This document shows, piece after piece, positions 48,017-57,951 of a stretch of 64,000 nucleotides of DNA. Positions within the stretch are counted from its first letter, which is position 1. Every line of letters begins with the position of its first letter. The position numbers and the translations under genes are program-made. The stretch is from assembly GCA_038042445.1 (NCBI GenBank), contig JBBTED010000059.1:20972-84971 (forward strand), in the 5' to 3' direction. The notes beneath the pieces are model-generated. The model saw only the letters and a program-made list of their open reading frames with translations. It was not told where the DNA came from and ran no database searches. The stretch is from Candidatus Firestoneibacteriota bacterium (GTDB lineage: Bacteria > Oederibacteriota > D2-FULL-39-29 > JBBTED01).

Positions 48017-50077
48017 ATGTTTCCAGCTCTATCAGTTTTCCTAATCAGCTTTGCCGTATACTTGCATACTATTTGTCCGAGTATTTACGTTGGGGATAGT
48101 GGCGAGCTTATAACTGCAAGTTATAATCTTGGAATTTCGCATCCACCTGGTTATCCAATATGGTGTGTCCTATCCAAAATATGGACAATAATAATTCCGT
48201 ATGGTGATATAGCATTTCGTGTAAATATTTCCTCTGCATTTTTTGCGGCATTATCAGTACTATTTCTTTATTTGATTATAATAAAATTATTCATTAAGGG
48301 ATATACAGCATTGCTTGCAGGTGGGACAGGTGCTATGCTTTTTGCTTTTTCAAGAACGTTCTGGTCGCAGTCAGTTGTTGCTGAGGTTTATACACTTAAT
48401 ATACTTTTTTTTGCTATAGTTTTATATCTTATAATTCTTTGGTCACAGGAAATATTTTTGAAACGAAAGAATTTATTGTTTTATCTGTTTTGCCTTTTTT
48501 ATGGATTGGGCTTAGCTCATCACCACACAATGTTATTATTTTTGCCTGCTTTTTTTGCATATATTCTGACTAATGAAATGGGCATATACACTGTTAAAAA
48601 TATGCCCTTACAAACTTATATTTGCGGTATTGGATTTTTTTTAATAGGGCTTTTGTTTTTTTTATATATTCCTATAAGAGGATTTGCAAATCCTGTGCTT
48701 GATTGGGGAAATCCTACAAGTTTTATGGATTTTATTGACCATATCTTACGGAAACGTTATGGAATTCTTATGAAACATTCTAAATCATTTACACTGCTTT
48801 TAAATCAGATAATTGCGTATTCGCGGTGTTTGGCAGATGAATTTGCACCGCATATTATTGCATTAGTATCACTTGGCTTAATACAAATAAAACGTTTTAA
48901 TTCTAAATTTTTAAGTTTTACAATTTTGTTACTCATACTTTCAAGTTTGAGTTTTATGTTCCTTATAAGTTATGAAATCAAGACTATTGAATTGGAGCAA
49001 ATCGGAGTATTTTTTATTCCATCTTATTTTATATTCTCTATATTGTTTGGAAGTGGTGCGTATTATTTGCTTGAGAAATTTAAAGGGGTTTTTAGATATG
49101 GAATCGCTATTTTGCTTTTAATAATACCATTTGTTCCGTTTGCATATAATTATTATTACAATAATAAAGCAAGCTATACTATTGCTTATAATTATGGAAT
49201 AAATATTTTAAAAACATTAGAAGAAAATGCATGTTTTTTGGGAACAGGCGATAATCAGATATTTACTTTAGCATATTTTAAAATGGTAGAAGGGATAAGA
49301 CGAGATGTAACAGTATATGATGATTTTGGTTTGGTGTTTGCAAATATTTACGGCAAAAATTTTCTAAAAATGCCGGGTGATGTGGCACTCACAAGAAGAA
49401 GGCGAGTTCATGAGTCAATATTACATAGCAAAAGACCTGTATATTTTTCAATAATAAGTGAGGCAAATAAAATAGAAGGTGTTAATTCAGAAACTTTAGG
49501 TATACTTTATAAAGTAAAAAGAAAATCTTATGCAAAAAAAATGAATGATGACTTATGGAATACCTACAGATTAAATGGTGTCCATGATGATGAGATTTAT
49601 AAAGATTTTATGACTCGTTTTGTAATAGTGCAGTATCATTATTTTTTGGCTGAACGTTATTTTGCTTCAAATGATATTGGTTCTGCTACAAAAGAGGCAC
49701 TTATAGCAGAAGACATAGGTTATGATATTGATTGGGTTCAGAATAGTTTGTCTGCCACATATATTGAGGCAGCTAAAATCAATGATGCAATGCGTACTGC
49801 ATTAAAAGCAGTTAAAATAAATCCTGATTATGCTGAGGCACACAGTAATTTAGGAATAGCATTATACTATAGAGGATTCATTGATAATGCTATATACGAA
49901 TATAAAAGAGCTATTACACTAAATCCTGTATTTGCCATTGCATATAATAATCTCGGATGTGCCTATGCTGCAAAAGGCGATATAAAAGCAGCTAATATTT
50001 CTTGGAAGAATGCTTTAAAAATAGCACCCGACTATAAAGATCCAATTAAAAATATGAAAGTAAGTCAGCGGTTCTAA
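48017..50077 (+). CDS. DUF2723 (TMEM260-like, GT-C fold) glycosyltransferase with C-terminal TPRs
   Basis: GDSGELI, LGISHPPGYP, FWSQSVVAEVY, DWGNP, many TM helices, TPR tail. The track's 47933 start lies inside the palindromic element. Confidence 0.88.
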   Translation: MFPALSVFLISFAVYLHTICPSIYVGDSGELITASYNLGISHPPGYPIWCVLSKIWTIIIPYGDIAFRVNISSAFFAALSVLFLYLIIIKLFIKGYTALLAGGTGAMLFAFSRTFWSQSVVAEVYTLNILFFAIVLYLIILWSQEIFLKRKNLLFYLFCLFYGLGLAHHHTMLLFLPAFFAYILTNEMGIYTVKNMPLQTYICGIGFFLIGLLFFLYIPIRGFANPVLDWGNPTSFMDFIDHILRKRYGILMKHSKSFTLLLNQIIAYSRCLADEFAPHIIALVSLGLIQIKRFNSKFLSFTILLLILSSLSFMFLISYEIKTIELEQIGVFFIPSYFIFSILFGSGAYYLLEKFKGVFRYGIAILLLIIPFVPFAYNYYYNNKASYTIAYNYGINILKTLEENACFLGTGDNQIFTLAYFKMVEGIRRDVTVYDDFGLVFANIYGKNFLKMPGDVALTRRRRVHESILHSKRPVYFSIISEANKIEGVNSETLGILYKVKRKSYAKKMNDDLWNTYRLNGVHDDEIYKDFMTRFVIVQYHYFLAERYFASNDIGSATKEALIAEDIGYDIDWVQNSLSATYIEAAKINDAMRTALKAVKINPDYAEAHSNLGIALYYRGFIDNAIYEYKRAITLNPVFAIAYNNLGCAYAAKGDIKAANISWKNALKIAPDYKDPIKNMKVSQRF

Positions 50078-50080
50078 ATA

Positions 50081-50101
50081 TGTAGTTGCCGATTTATCGG
50101 C
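50081..50101 (+). repeat. GTAG-type REP
   Basis: Identical to 28444-28464. Confidence 0.85.
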
Positions 50102-50122
50102 ATCAGAAGATAGATTTAAGTT

Positions 50123-51052
50123 TTAAAGTAAAATAAGATGCACCCGTTTGGTTAATTTATGTGCTTCGTTTATGTCAAAAATTCCAGGGCCTGATATTAA
50201 TGCGTTTGCACTTCCACAGGCAATGCCTAATTTTATTATATCTTCAGGCCTATTATTTTTTGATAAGCCATACACAAATCCGGCAGTCATTGCATCGCCA
50301 GAACCAATTGGATTAATTGCATCTATTTTTGGAGGAATTGCATGCCATATTTTATCTTTATTTCCTACAATTGCACCTTTTTTGCCTAAAGAAATTGCTA
50401 CCCATTCTATTCCTATAGATAAAAATTTTCGCACAGCTGTTTTTATCAAAGAAACTGTATTTAATTTGCATTCTAACATCATTTCTAATTCTAACAGGTT
50501 TGGTTTAATCATATAGGGTTTTGCTTTAATTCCAAAAGCTAATGTTTTTCCACCTGTATCAAGTATTGTTTTTATGCCATAAGTAGATGCTTTGCGAATT
50601 AAATCAAAATATATGTTGTCTGAAATACCTTTAGGAATTGTGCCGGACAGTGTAAGCATTTTTGTACGGGAAATAGTTTCATTGAATATTTTAAAAAATC
50701 TATCTTTTTCCTCTGTAGTTATATTAGTGGCTGGTTCTACTATTTCAGTGCAGGAATGCGCTTTTTCATCAACTAAAGTTATTGCCATTCGTGTATTTGC
50801 AATGGTTTTTACAAAATTATGGGATATTTTTTCATTCCGCAAATAATCAACTAAAATAGAACCATTTGTTCCACCTGCAAATCCTATTGCAAAGCTTGAC
50901 TCACCTAAAATCTTTAAAGAGCGGGCAACATTAATACCTTTTCCTGATGCCATTTCAATAACATTTTTTACTCTATTAACAGAATCAAGTTTTAAATTGT
51001 CTATTTCTAAAGTTTTCTGCCAAACAGGATTTAAACCCACATTTAATATCAT
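50123..51052 (-). CDS. 1-phosphofructokinase/LacC family (PfkB) hexose-phosphate kinase
   Basis: LNP, GKGINVA, IKPN..EL, SLGKKGA, GSGDA. Confidence 0.9.
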   Translation of the reverse strand: MILNVGLNPVWQKTLEIDNLKLDSVNRVKNVIEMASGKGINVARSLKILGESSFAIGFAGGTNGSILVDYLRNEKISHNFVKTIANTRMAITLVDEKAHSCTEIVEPATNITTEEKDRFFKIFNETISRTKMLTLSGTIPKGISDNIYFDLIRKASTYGIKTILDTGGKTLAFGIKAKPYMIKPNLLELEMMLECKLNTVSLIKTAVRKFLSIGIEWVAISLGKKGAIVGNKDKIWHAIPPKIDAINPIGSGDAMTAGFVYGLSKNNRPEDIIKLGIACGSANALISGPGIFDINEAHKLTKRVHLILL

Positions 51053-51167
51053 ATATCAATACATTATAGCAGATTCTGTAAAAAACGGTATAAAAATTCT
51101 TGACAAATGTGTTTTTGTTTGTGATACTTAGCATAAATTTGTATGAATTTATAATATAAATGATAAG

Positions 51168-51231
51168 GTAGTGAATGGTCTTTAGACCATTCATAAATAA
51201 GAATCTGCAGGGTCTAAAGACCCTGTGCTAC
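51168..51231. repeat. Inverted pair of GTAG-type REPs upstream of ilvC
   Basis: GTAGt-GAATGGTC-TTTA-GACCATTC, and on the - strand GTAGca-CAGGGTC-TTTA-GACCCTG. Confidence 0.75.
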
Positions 51232-51263
51232 CAAAAAAATAATGGAATTAAGGAGGAGGGAAT

Positions 51264-52259
51264 ATGGCAAAGATGTATTATGATAAAGATGCGGATTTGA
51301 AGATTTTAAAAGGTAAAACAGTTGCAGTTATAGGGTATGGTATTCAGGGACATGCGCAGGCACAGAATTTGAGGGATAGTGGAGTCCAAGTAATAGTTAG
51401 TGATTTGAAAGATAGTTCTGCCTGGAAACAGGCAGAAAAAGATGGTTTTAAACCTGTTAGTGCTTTTGAAGCTTGTAAAGCTGGTGATATAATTCAAATT
51501 TTAACTGAAGATCACGTGCAGGCAAAGGTTTATAAATCTGATGTAGAGCCAAATCTAAAAAAAGGAAAGGTTCTGCTGTTTTCTCATGGTTTTAATATTC
51601 ATTTTGGACAGATAGTTCCTCCTGCTGATATTGATGTGATAATGATAGCTCCTAAAGGCCCTGGTCATTTAGTAAGACGTCAATACACTGAGGGCAAAGG
51701 AGTGCCTGCACTTCTTGCTGTATATCAGGATGCTTCAGGAAAAGCAAAAGATATAGGTTTAGCGTATGCCAAAGGTATAGGCGCGACTCGTGCTGGAGTT
51801 ATTGAAACAACTTTTATGGAAGAAACTGAAACTGATTTATTTGGTGAACAGGTGGTTTTATGCGGCGGAGCTTCAGAGCTTATAAAAGCCGGGTTTGATA
51901 CTTTAGTAGAAGCAGGTTATCAACCTGAAATAGCTTACTTTGAATGTTTACATGAATTAAAATTAATATGTGATCTTGTTTATGAAGTTGGTATAACAGG
52001 TATGAGGTCAAAAGTTTCAGATACTGCTGCTTATGGTGATGTAACCAGAGGAAAAAGAATAATAACTGAGGAAACACGAAAAGAAATGAAAAAAATTCTT
52101 ACTGAAATTCAAAATGGTTCTTTTGCCAGAGAATGGATTTTAGAGAATATGGTTGGCAGACCTGGATTTAAAGCGATACTTAAGCAGGAAGCTTCACATC
52201 CAATAGAAAAAATTGGAGAAAAACTTCGTGCAATGATGGATTGGATAAAAAGAAAATAA
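51264..52259 (+). CDS. ilvC: Ketol-acid reductoisomerase
   Basis: [43 protein letters not shown]. Confidence 0.97.
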   Translation: MAKMYYDKDADLKILKGKTVAVIGYGIQGHAQAQNLRDSGVQVIVSDLKDSSAWKQAEKDGFKPVSAFEACKAGDIIQILTEDHVQAKVYKSDVEPNLKKGKVLLFSHGFNIHFGQIVPPADIDVIMIAPKGPGHLVRRQYTEGKGVPALLAVYQDASGKAKDIGLAYAKGIGATRAGVIETTFMEETETDLFGEQVVLCGGASELIKAGFDTLVEAGYQPEIAYFECLHELKLICDLVYEVGITGMRSKVSDTAAYGDVTRGKRIITEETRKEMKKILTEIQNGSFAREWILENMVGRPGFKAILKQEASHPIEKIGEKLRAMMDWIKRK

Positions 52260-52366
52260 ATATTGTGCCAATTTATACGGCAGGACAAGAATGTCCGGCC
52301 TATAGGTTGTTTTTTTAAACCCAACAAACGGTTTTTGGGAACAGCAAGTAAATTTCAGAGGAATAA

Positions 52367-53014
52367 ATGGAACAAAAAGCCACTGAAGAACGACTAAATT
52401 TTATTTGGTTATTTGCACTTGGCGCTATTTTTATTACTGTGGGGTTTCTTTCAGAATCAACATCGCCATTTGTTATAGGATCGGTTTTTTTAGTGCTTTT
52501 TGCGTTTGTTGTATTCTTTTTTCGCGATCCGGATAGGAAAATAACTGAAGCTCCTAATGCAATATTGTCTCCTGCAGATGGGAAAATAGTTGCTATTGTT
52601 TCAGAGGAAGAGAAAGAGTTTATAAAAACTTTAACAACGCGGGTTAGTATATTTCTTTCACCGTTAAATGTTCATGTTCAGCGGGCTCCTTGTAATTGCA
52701 AAACAGTATGGGTTAAATATTCACCCGGAAAATTTTTGCCTGCTTTTCGTGAAAAAGCAAGTGTATTAAATGAACAGAATTTAATTGCACTTGAAAATGA
52801 TAAAACGAAAATCTTAATCAAACAGATTGCGGGTATAGTAGCAAGGCGTGTTGTATGTTGGGTTAAAAAAGATGAAAAAGTTAAATCTGGTGAAAGAATT
52901 GGTTTTATTAAATTTGGCTCCAGAGTTGATATTTTTCTTCCAAATACTGCTAAGTTGAATGTGAAAAATGGTGAATCTGTTCAAGCAGGAATTACTGTAC
53001 TCGCTTTGTTGTAA
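52367..53014 (+). CDS. psd: Phosphatidylserine decarboxylase proenzyme
   Basis: FFRDP, SPADG, NVHVQR, FGSRVD cleavage motif. Confidence 0.93.
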   Translation: MEQKATEERLNFIWLFALGAIFITVGFLSESTSPFVIGSVFLVLFAFVVFFFRDPDRKITEAPNAILSPADGKIVAIVSEEEKEFIKTLTTRVSIFLSPLNVHVQRAPCNCKTVWVKYSPGKFLPAFREKASVLNEQNLIALENDKTKILIKQIAGIVARRVVCWVKKDEKVKSGERIGFIKFGSRVDIFLPNTAKLNVKNGESVQAGITVLALL

Positions 53015-53062
53015 AATAAATAGAAGTTTTTTGAAGCACGTCATTGAGATTGTGTTGTAATG

Positions 53063-53116
53063 GTAGCCGCAGGCTTTAGCCTGCGTTATTTACCGCAAGC
53101 TAAAGCTTGCGACTAC
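53063..53116. repeat. Inverted pair of GTAG-type REPs
   Basis: GTAGc-CGCAGGC-TTTA-GCCTGCG, and on the - strand GTAGt-CGCAAGC-TTTA-GCTTGCG. Confidence 0.85.
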
Positions 53117-53135
53117 AGAAAAAAATACAAAAAAT

Positions 53136-53972
53136 ATGCGTCGTGGTCTATTCCTTTTACCTAATTTATTGACAACAGGAAATCTGTTTTGTGGATTTTT
53201 GTCAATAGTATTTGCAATGACTGATGCTATGCGTCTTGCAAATTTGCCGGCATTTGAGCAGGCATTTGTGCATTCAGCATGGCTTATAATGTTGGCAATG
53301 GTTTTGGATCTTTTTGATGGGTTAGTCGCACGAGTTACTAAATCTGCAAGCAGATTTGGTGTTGAATATGATTCATTGGCAGATATGGTATCTTTTGGAG
53401 TTGCACCTGCTATTCTTGTTTATTTATCTGTTTTGAGGTATCATGGCAAAATAGGCTGGATATTTGCAACAATATATGTTATTGGTGGAGCACTGCGTTT
53501 GGCAAGATATAATGTTCAGGCAGGAACAACTGAAAGCAAACATTTTGTAGGGCTTCCTATACCTGCAGCTGCTGGAATTTTGTGTTCTTATGTATTGCTT
53601 AGTCACTGGGGTGGATGGTATTCTGAAAGTAGTAAAGTATTTTTAAATGTGGCGGCTGGGTGGTATGAAGAAAAAATAACTTTTTTAAATCAGGTTTTTA
53701 TACCAATACTTACAGTTTTATTGGCTTTTTTAATGGTAAGCACTATTGATTACCCTAGTTTTAAAGTTTATGCTACAAAAGAAAAATTTCCTTTTGTAGT
53801 TTTGTTTTTATGTGTTATAGGTTTACTTGTTGTAATAATAACACCTGAAATAGCTGGTTTTAGTTTGATGATGTTATATTTAGTTTATGGTTTATTTACA
53901 GGAACATTTAAAAAAGGTGCAAAAAAAGTTGAATTAATCAGGGAGAAAAGGAAATGGCGGAAAAAATTATAA
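53136..53972 (+). CDS. pssA: CDP-diacylglycerol--serine O-phosphatidyltransferase
   Basis: LPNLLT, D.FDGLVAR, FGVEYDSLAD.VSFGVAPA, RLARYN, FVGLP.P. Confidence 0.94.
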   Translation: MRRGLFLLPNLLTTGNLFCGFLSIVFAMTDAMRLANLPAFEQAFVHSAWLIMLAMVLDLFDGLVARVTKSASRFGVEYDSLADMVSFGVAPAILVYLSVLRYHGKIGWIFATIYVIGGALRLARYNVQAGTTESKHFVGLPIPAAAGILCSYVLLSHWGGWYSESSKVFLNVAAGWYEEKITFLNQVFIPILTVLLAFLMVSTIDYPSFKVYATKEKFPFVVLFLCVIGLLVVIITPEIAGFSLMMLYLVYGLFTGTFKKGAKKVELIREKRKWRKKL

Positions 53973-55471
53973 TATTTGATACTACTTTGCGAGATGGAGA
54001 GCAGGTTCCAGGCGCTTCACTTACAAGAGATGAAAAAATAGAAATTGCAAAACAACTTGAGCGTCTAAATGTAGATATTATAGAAGCCGGGTTTCCTGTT
54101 TCATCTCCAGGTGATTTGGAATCAGTAAAAGAAATTGCAAAAATAGTAAGGACTCCTGTTATTGCGGGGCTTGCAAGGGCTGTTAAAAAAGACATAGATG
54201 CTTGTAGAGAGGCATTAAAGTCGGCTAAACATCCGAGAATTCATACTTTCATAGGAACATCGGACATTCATGTAAAATACATTACTAATACTACAAGAGA
54301 AGAGGTTCTAAGACGTGCAATTGAATCTGTAACATACGCAAGGAAATATTGTGGTGATGTAGAATTTTCTGCAATGGATGCAACAAGAACTAATTTTGAT
54401 TATCTTTGTCAGTTAGTTGAAAGTACAATAAAAGCAGGAGCAAGGACTATAAATATTCCGGATTCAGTTGGCTATTCAGAGCCTGAAGAATTTGGTAATT
54501 TAATAAAAAGACTTTTTAATAAGGTTCCTAACATAAATAAGGCGGTAATTTCTGTTCATTGTCATAATGATTTAGGATTGGCAACTGCAAATTCGCTTTC
54601 TGCTATATTAAATGGAGCAAGGCAAGTAGAATGTACAATAAATGGTCTGGGAGAAAGAGCAGGGAATGCTTCTTTGGAAGAAGTTGTTATGGCGATAAAA
54701 GTTAGGAAAGATATTTATAAAATAGATACAAATATAAAAACAGAAGAGATTTATAAAACTTCTAAACTTGTAACAAGACGGACAGGTATACCAGTTCAGC
54801 CAAATAAAGCAATAGTTGGGCAGAATGCATTTGCCCATGCGTCAGGTATTCATCAGGATGCCATCTTGAAAAAAGAATCTACTTTTGGAATTATAACACC
54901 AAAAAGTATAGGGTTTGCCGGGCATGAGATAGTACTTACAAGTCGTTCAGGCAGACATGCACTAAGGCATAGGTTGGAAGAACTTGGATTTAAAATATCC
55001 GGTGATGAATTAAATGATATGTACAAGAAATTCTTGGAAATCGCAGATAAAAAGAAAGAGGTTTTCAATGATGACCTTATAGTGTTTATGGATACACAAG
55101 GAAAAAAGGGTAAAGAAGCAGTGTATCAACTTGAATATATCTACACAGCAACAGGTAATAAAATGGTTCCAACAGCAACAGTATCTTTGAAAATAGGTGG
55201 AAAAATTTATAGTGCATCTGCTATTGGAGATGGTCCTGTTGATGCTACTTATAAAGCAATTAATGAAGTTATAAAAGAAAATGTAAGTCTTATAGATTAC
55301 CAGATAAGATCAATAACATCAGGGAAAGAGGCGCAGGGTGAAGTTAGCGTTAGAATAAAAAGAAAAGATATAGAAGTAAATGGAAGAGGAATATCAACAG
55401 ATATTATAGAAGCAAGTGCAAGAGCGTATCTTGATGCTATGTCGAAGTTAAAAAATGTGCATAAGTTCTAG
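53954..55471 (+). CDS. leuA: 2-isopropylmalate synthase
   Basis: FDTTLRDGEQ, HCHNDLG, NGLGERAGN, HASGIHQD, regulatory C-terminal domain. Confidence 0.95.
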   Translation: MAEKIIIFDTTLRDGEQVPGASLTRDEKIEIAKQLERLNVDIIEAGFPVSSPGDLESVKEIAKIVRTPVIAGLARAVKKDIDACREALKSAKHPRIHTFIGTSDIHVKYITNTTREEVLRRAIESVTYARKYCGDVEFSAMDATRTNFDYLCQLVESTIKAGARTINIPDSVGYSEPEEFGNLIKRLFNKVPNINKAVISVHCHNDLGLATANSLSAILNGARQVECTINGLGERAGNASLEEVVMAIKVRKDIYKIDTNIKTEEIYKTSKLVTRRTGIPVQPNKAIVGQNAFAHASGIHQDAILKKESTFGIITPKSIGFAGHEIVLTSRSGRHALRHRLEELGFKISGDELNDMYKKFLEIADKKKEVFNDDLIVFMDTQGKKGKEAVYQLEYIYTATGNKMVPTATVSLKIGGKIYSASAIGDGPVDATYKAINEVIKENVSLIDYQIRSITSGKEAQGEVSVRIKRKDIEVNGRGISTDIIEASARAYLDAMSKLKNVHKF

Positions 55472-55592
55472 GTGCATAAGTTCTATGTTCTAGGTTCTAT
55501 GTGTTATGTTCATAGGTTTTTTTATACCTATGCACACTTCGAACTTAGAACATAGAACTTAGGCACTTCGAACCTATACACTTAGGTACTTA
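55457..55592. repeat. Degenerate heptamer array forming an inverted repeat between leuA and leuC
   Basis: Left units TAAGTTC/TAGGTTC/TATGTTC; right units GAACTTA/GAACATA/GAACCTA are their reverse complements. Confidence 0.85.
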
Positions 55593-55597
55593 TTAAG

Positions 55598-56854
55598 ATG
55601 ACTATAACAGAAAAAATATTAGCCGATCATTCAGGTAAAAGCCAAGTTCATCCCGGCGAACTTGTATGGTGTCCAGTTGATATAGCGCTTGGTAATGATA
55701 TAACAGCGCCTATAGCAATTGAAGAATTTAAAAAATCCGGTGCAAAAAAAGTTTTTGACAAAAATAGGGTAGTATTAATACCTGACCATTTTACTCCGAA
55801 TAAAGATATAAAATCTGCTGAGCAGTGTAAGTTTTTGCGTGAATTTGCAAAAGAGCAGAAACTGAAATATTATTTTGAAGTTGGCAAAGCAGGAATTGAG
55901 CATGCACTTCTTCCAGAGCAGGGCATAGTGGTACCGGGTGATGTTGTAATTGGAGCAGATTCACATACCTGTACTTATGGTGCGCTCGGCGCATTTTCAA
56001 CAGGAGTTGGAAGCACTGATTTGGCAGCTACAATGATTAGTGGTTTTACTTGGTTTAAAGTTCCTTCAGCAATAAAATTTATTTTTTATGGCAAGTTAAA
56101 TAAATGGGTTTCTGGCAAGGATTTAATTTTGCATACAATTGGAAATATAGGAGTGGATGGTGCATTATATAAATCAATGGAATTCACAGGTGAAGTTATT
56201 TCAAAATTGCCTATTGATGGAAGACTTTCAATGTGTAATATGGCAATTGAAGCAGGTGCAAAAAATGGAATAATTGAACCGGATGAAATTACAAAACAAT
56301 ATGTCCAAAATAGGGCAAAACGAAAATGGAAATTCTATAAAAGTGATAAAGATGCGAAATATGATACTGTTTATGAATATGATTGTTCAAAAATTGAGCC
56401 TCAGATAGCTTTGCCACATTTGCCTTCAAATGTGAAGCCAATTAGTAAAATAGGCAAAATTAAAATTGATCAGGTAGTTATAGGTTCCTGCACAAATGGT
56501 CGTATAGATGATATGCGTATTGCAGCGAAAATATTAAAAGGAAAAAAAGTTAATTCTTCAATTAGAGTTTTAATATTTCCTGCAACTTATGACATTGTTA
56601 AGCAGATGCTTAAAGAAGGTATATTCGAAATATTTATAAATGCAGGTGCAGTAGTTAGCCCACCAACTTGTGGTCCTTGTCTTGGTGGTCATATGGGAAT
56701 TTTAGCAAGTGGAGAAAAAGTAATATCCACCACAAACAGAAATTTTGTCGGTAGAATGGGTTCAACAAAAAGTGAAGTCTATCTTTCAAACCCAGCAGTA
56801 GCAGCAGCTTCAGCCATTTTAGGATATATTGCAACCCCCGAAGAAATTTTTTAA
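55598..56854 (+). CDS. leuC: 3-isopropylmalate dehydratase large subunit
   Basis: [33 protein letters not shown]. Confidence 0.95.
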   Translation: MTITEKILADHSGKSQVHPGELVWCPVDIALGNDITAPIAIEEFKKSGAKKVFDKNRVVLIPDHFTPNKDIKSAEQCKFLREFAKEQKLKYYFEVGKAGIEHALLPEQGIVVPGDVVIGADSHTCTYGALGAFSTGVGSTDLAATMISGFTWFKVPSAIKFIFYGKLNKWVSGKDLILHTIGNIGVDGALYKSMEFTGEVISKLPIDGRLSMCNMAIEAGAKNGIIEPDEITKQYVQNRAKRKWKFYKSDKDAKYDTVYEYDCSKIEPQIALPHLPSNVKPISKIGKIKIDQVVIGSCTNGRIDDMRIAAKILKGKKVNSSIRVLIFPATYDIVKQMLKEGIFEIFINAGAVVSPPTCGPCLGGHMGILASGEKVISTTNRNFVGRMGSTKSEVYLSNPAVAAASAILGYIATPEEIF

Positions 56855-56900
56855 TACAACTTATGAGAAAAAAAATTAGAAACAGAACTTGAGGTGGCTT

Positions 56901-57110
56901 ATGAAAACATACGAAGTTGTTTTAACAAAATCTTATATTGTAAAAATTAAAGCAAATAATAAAAGAAATGCAAAAGAATATTCTACTTTTTTTACTGGTG
57001 ATATTCAAGATATTTCAAAAACTGAAGATAGACAGAAATTAAACTTTGAAATAGAAGATATTGATTGTAAAGTAAATGAAACTTTCGAAGTGAAAGAAAT
57101 TTATGAATGA
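56901..57110 (+). CDS. Small protein, DpnD/PcfM-like
   Basis: SD GAGGTG; MKTYEV.LT....VKIKA.....AKE pattern; coupled to the methyltransferase gene. Confidence 0.55.
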   Translation: MKTYEVVLTKSYIVKIKANNKRNAKEYSTFFTGDIQDISKTEDRQKLNFEIEDIDCKVNETFEVKEIYE

Positions 57111-57951
57111 AATTGAAACTAAAATTTTATTAGGTGATAGTAACGATATTTTAAAAGAGATAGAAGAAAACTCTATTGATTTAATTGTTACTTCGCCACC
57201 TTACGCTGACCGACGTCAAAATACTTACGGTGGAATAAAACCAGAAAAATATATAGAATGGTTTTTACCTATTTCGAAGCAATTATTAAGAGTTCTAAAA
57301 CCTACAGGCACTTTTATTTTAAATATAAAAGAAAAAGCAGAAGACGGGGAAAGGCATACTTATGTAATTGAACTGATTTTAGAATTACGAAAACAAGGGT
57401 GGTTATGGACAGAAGAGTATATTTGGTATAAAAAAAACTGTTACCCTGGAAAATGGCCAAATCGTTTTCGCGACGCATGGGAGAGATGTTTGCAATTTAA
57501 TAAAACAAAAAAATTCAATATGTATCAGGAAGAAGTTATGGTTCCTGTTGGAGTCTGGGCAAATGAAAGATTGAAAAATCTAAGTGTAACTGATCAAATA
57601 AGAGATAATTCAAAAAATGGAAGTGGTTTTGGGAAAAACGTTTCAAATTGGTTAAATCGCAATATGGTGTATCCAACTAATGTATTAAATTTTGCAACAG
57701 TTTGTAATAATAAAAACCATAGTGCTGCTTTTCCAGAAGAGTTACCAGAATGGTTTATTAAATTATTTACAAAAGAATTTGATTGGGTTTTAGATCCTTT
57801 TGCTGGATCTGGTACGACCTTGTCCGTTGCTAAAAAAATGTATAGAAACTCAATTGGCATTGAAGTTTTACCTGAATATGTTGAAAAAATAAGAGCAAAC
57901 ATTCAGGAAAACGAATTAATTTTATTTGAATCGAGAGAAAAATATGAATAA
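57103..57951 (+). CDS. Site-specific DNA methyltransferase, beta class, probably N4-cytosine
   Basis: TSPPY catalytic motif preceding VLDPFAGSGTT; H.A.FP. Confidence 0.93.
   Translation: MNEIETKILLGDSNDILKEIEENSIDLIVTSPPYADRRQNTYGGIKPEKYIEWFLPISKQLLRVLKPTGTFILNIKEKAEDGERHTYVIELILELRKQGWLWTEEYIWYKKNCYPGKWPNRFRDAWERCLQFNKTKKFNMYQEEVMVPVGVWANERLKNLSVTDQIRDNSKNGSGFGKNVSNWLNRNMVYPTNVLNFATVCNNKNHSAAFPEELPEWFIKLFTKEFDWVLDPFAGSGTTLSVAKKMYRNSIGIEVLPEYVEKIRANIQENELILFESREKYE

Noticed and set aside
52279..52303. GGCAGGACAAGAATGTCCGGCCTAT, a possible degenerate REP
   Set aside because: It lacks an exact GTAG and the TTTA loop, and occurs once; too weak to count.
51264..55471. psd-pssA inside the ilvC-leuA operon
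   Set aside because: I recall this gene order from other bacteria such as deltaproteobacteria, so it is not treated as novel.
55457..55592. Possible CRISPR array or leucine attenuator
   Set aside because: Units are 7-9 nt with no unique spacers, there are no cas genes, and no Leu-rich leader peptide is seen.
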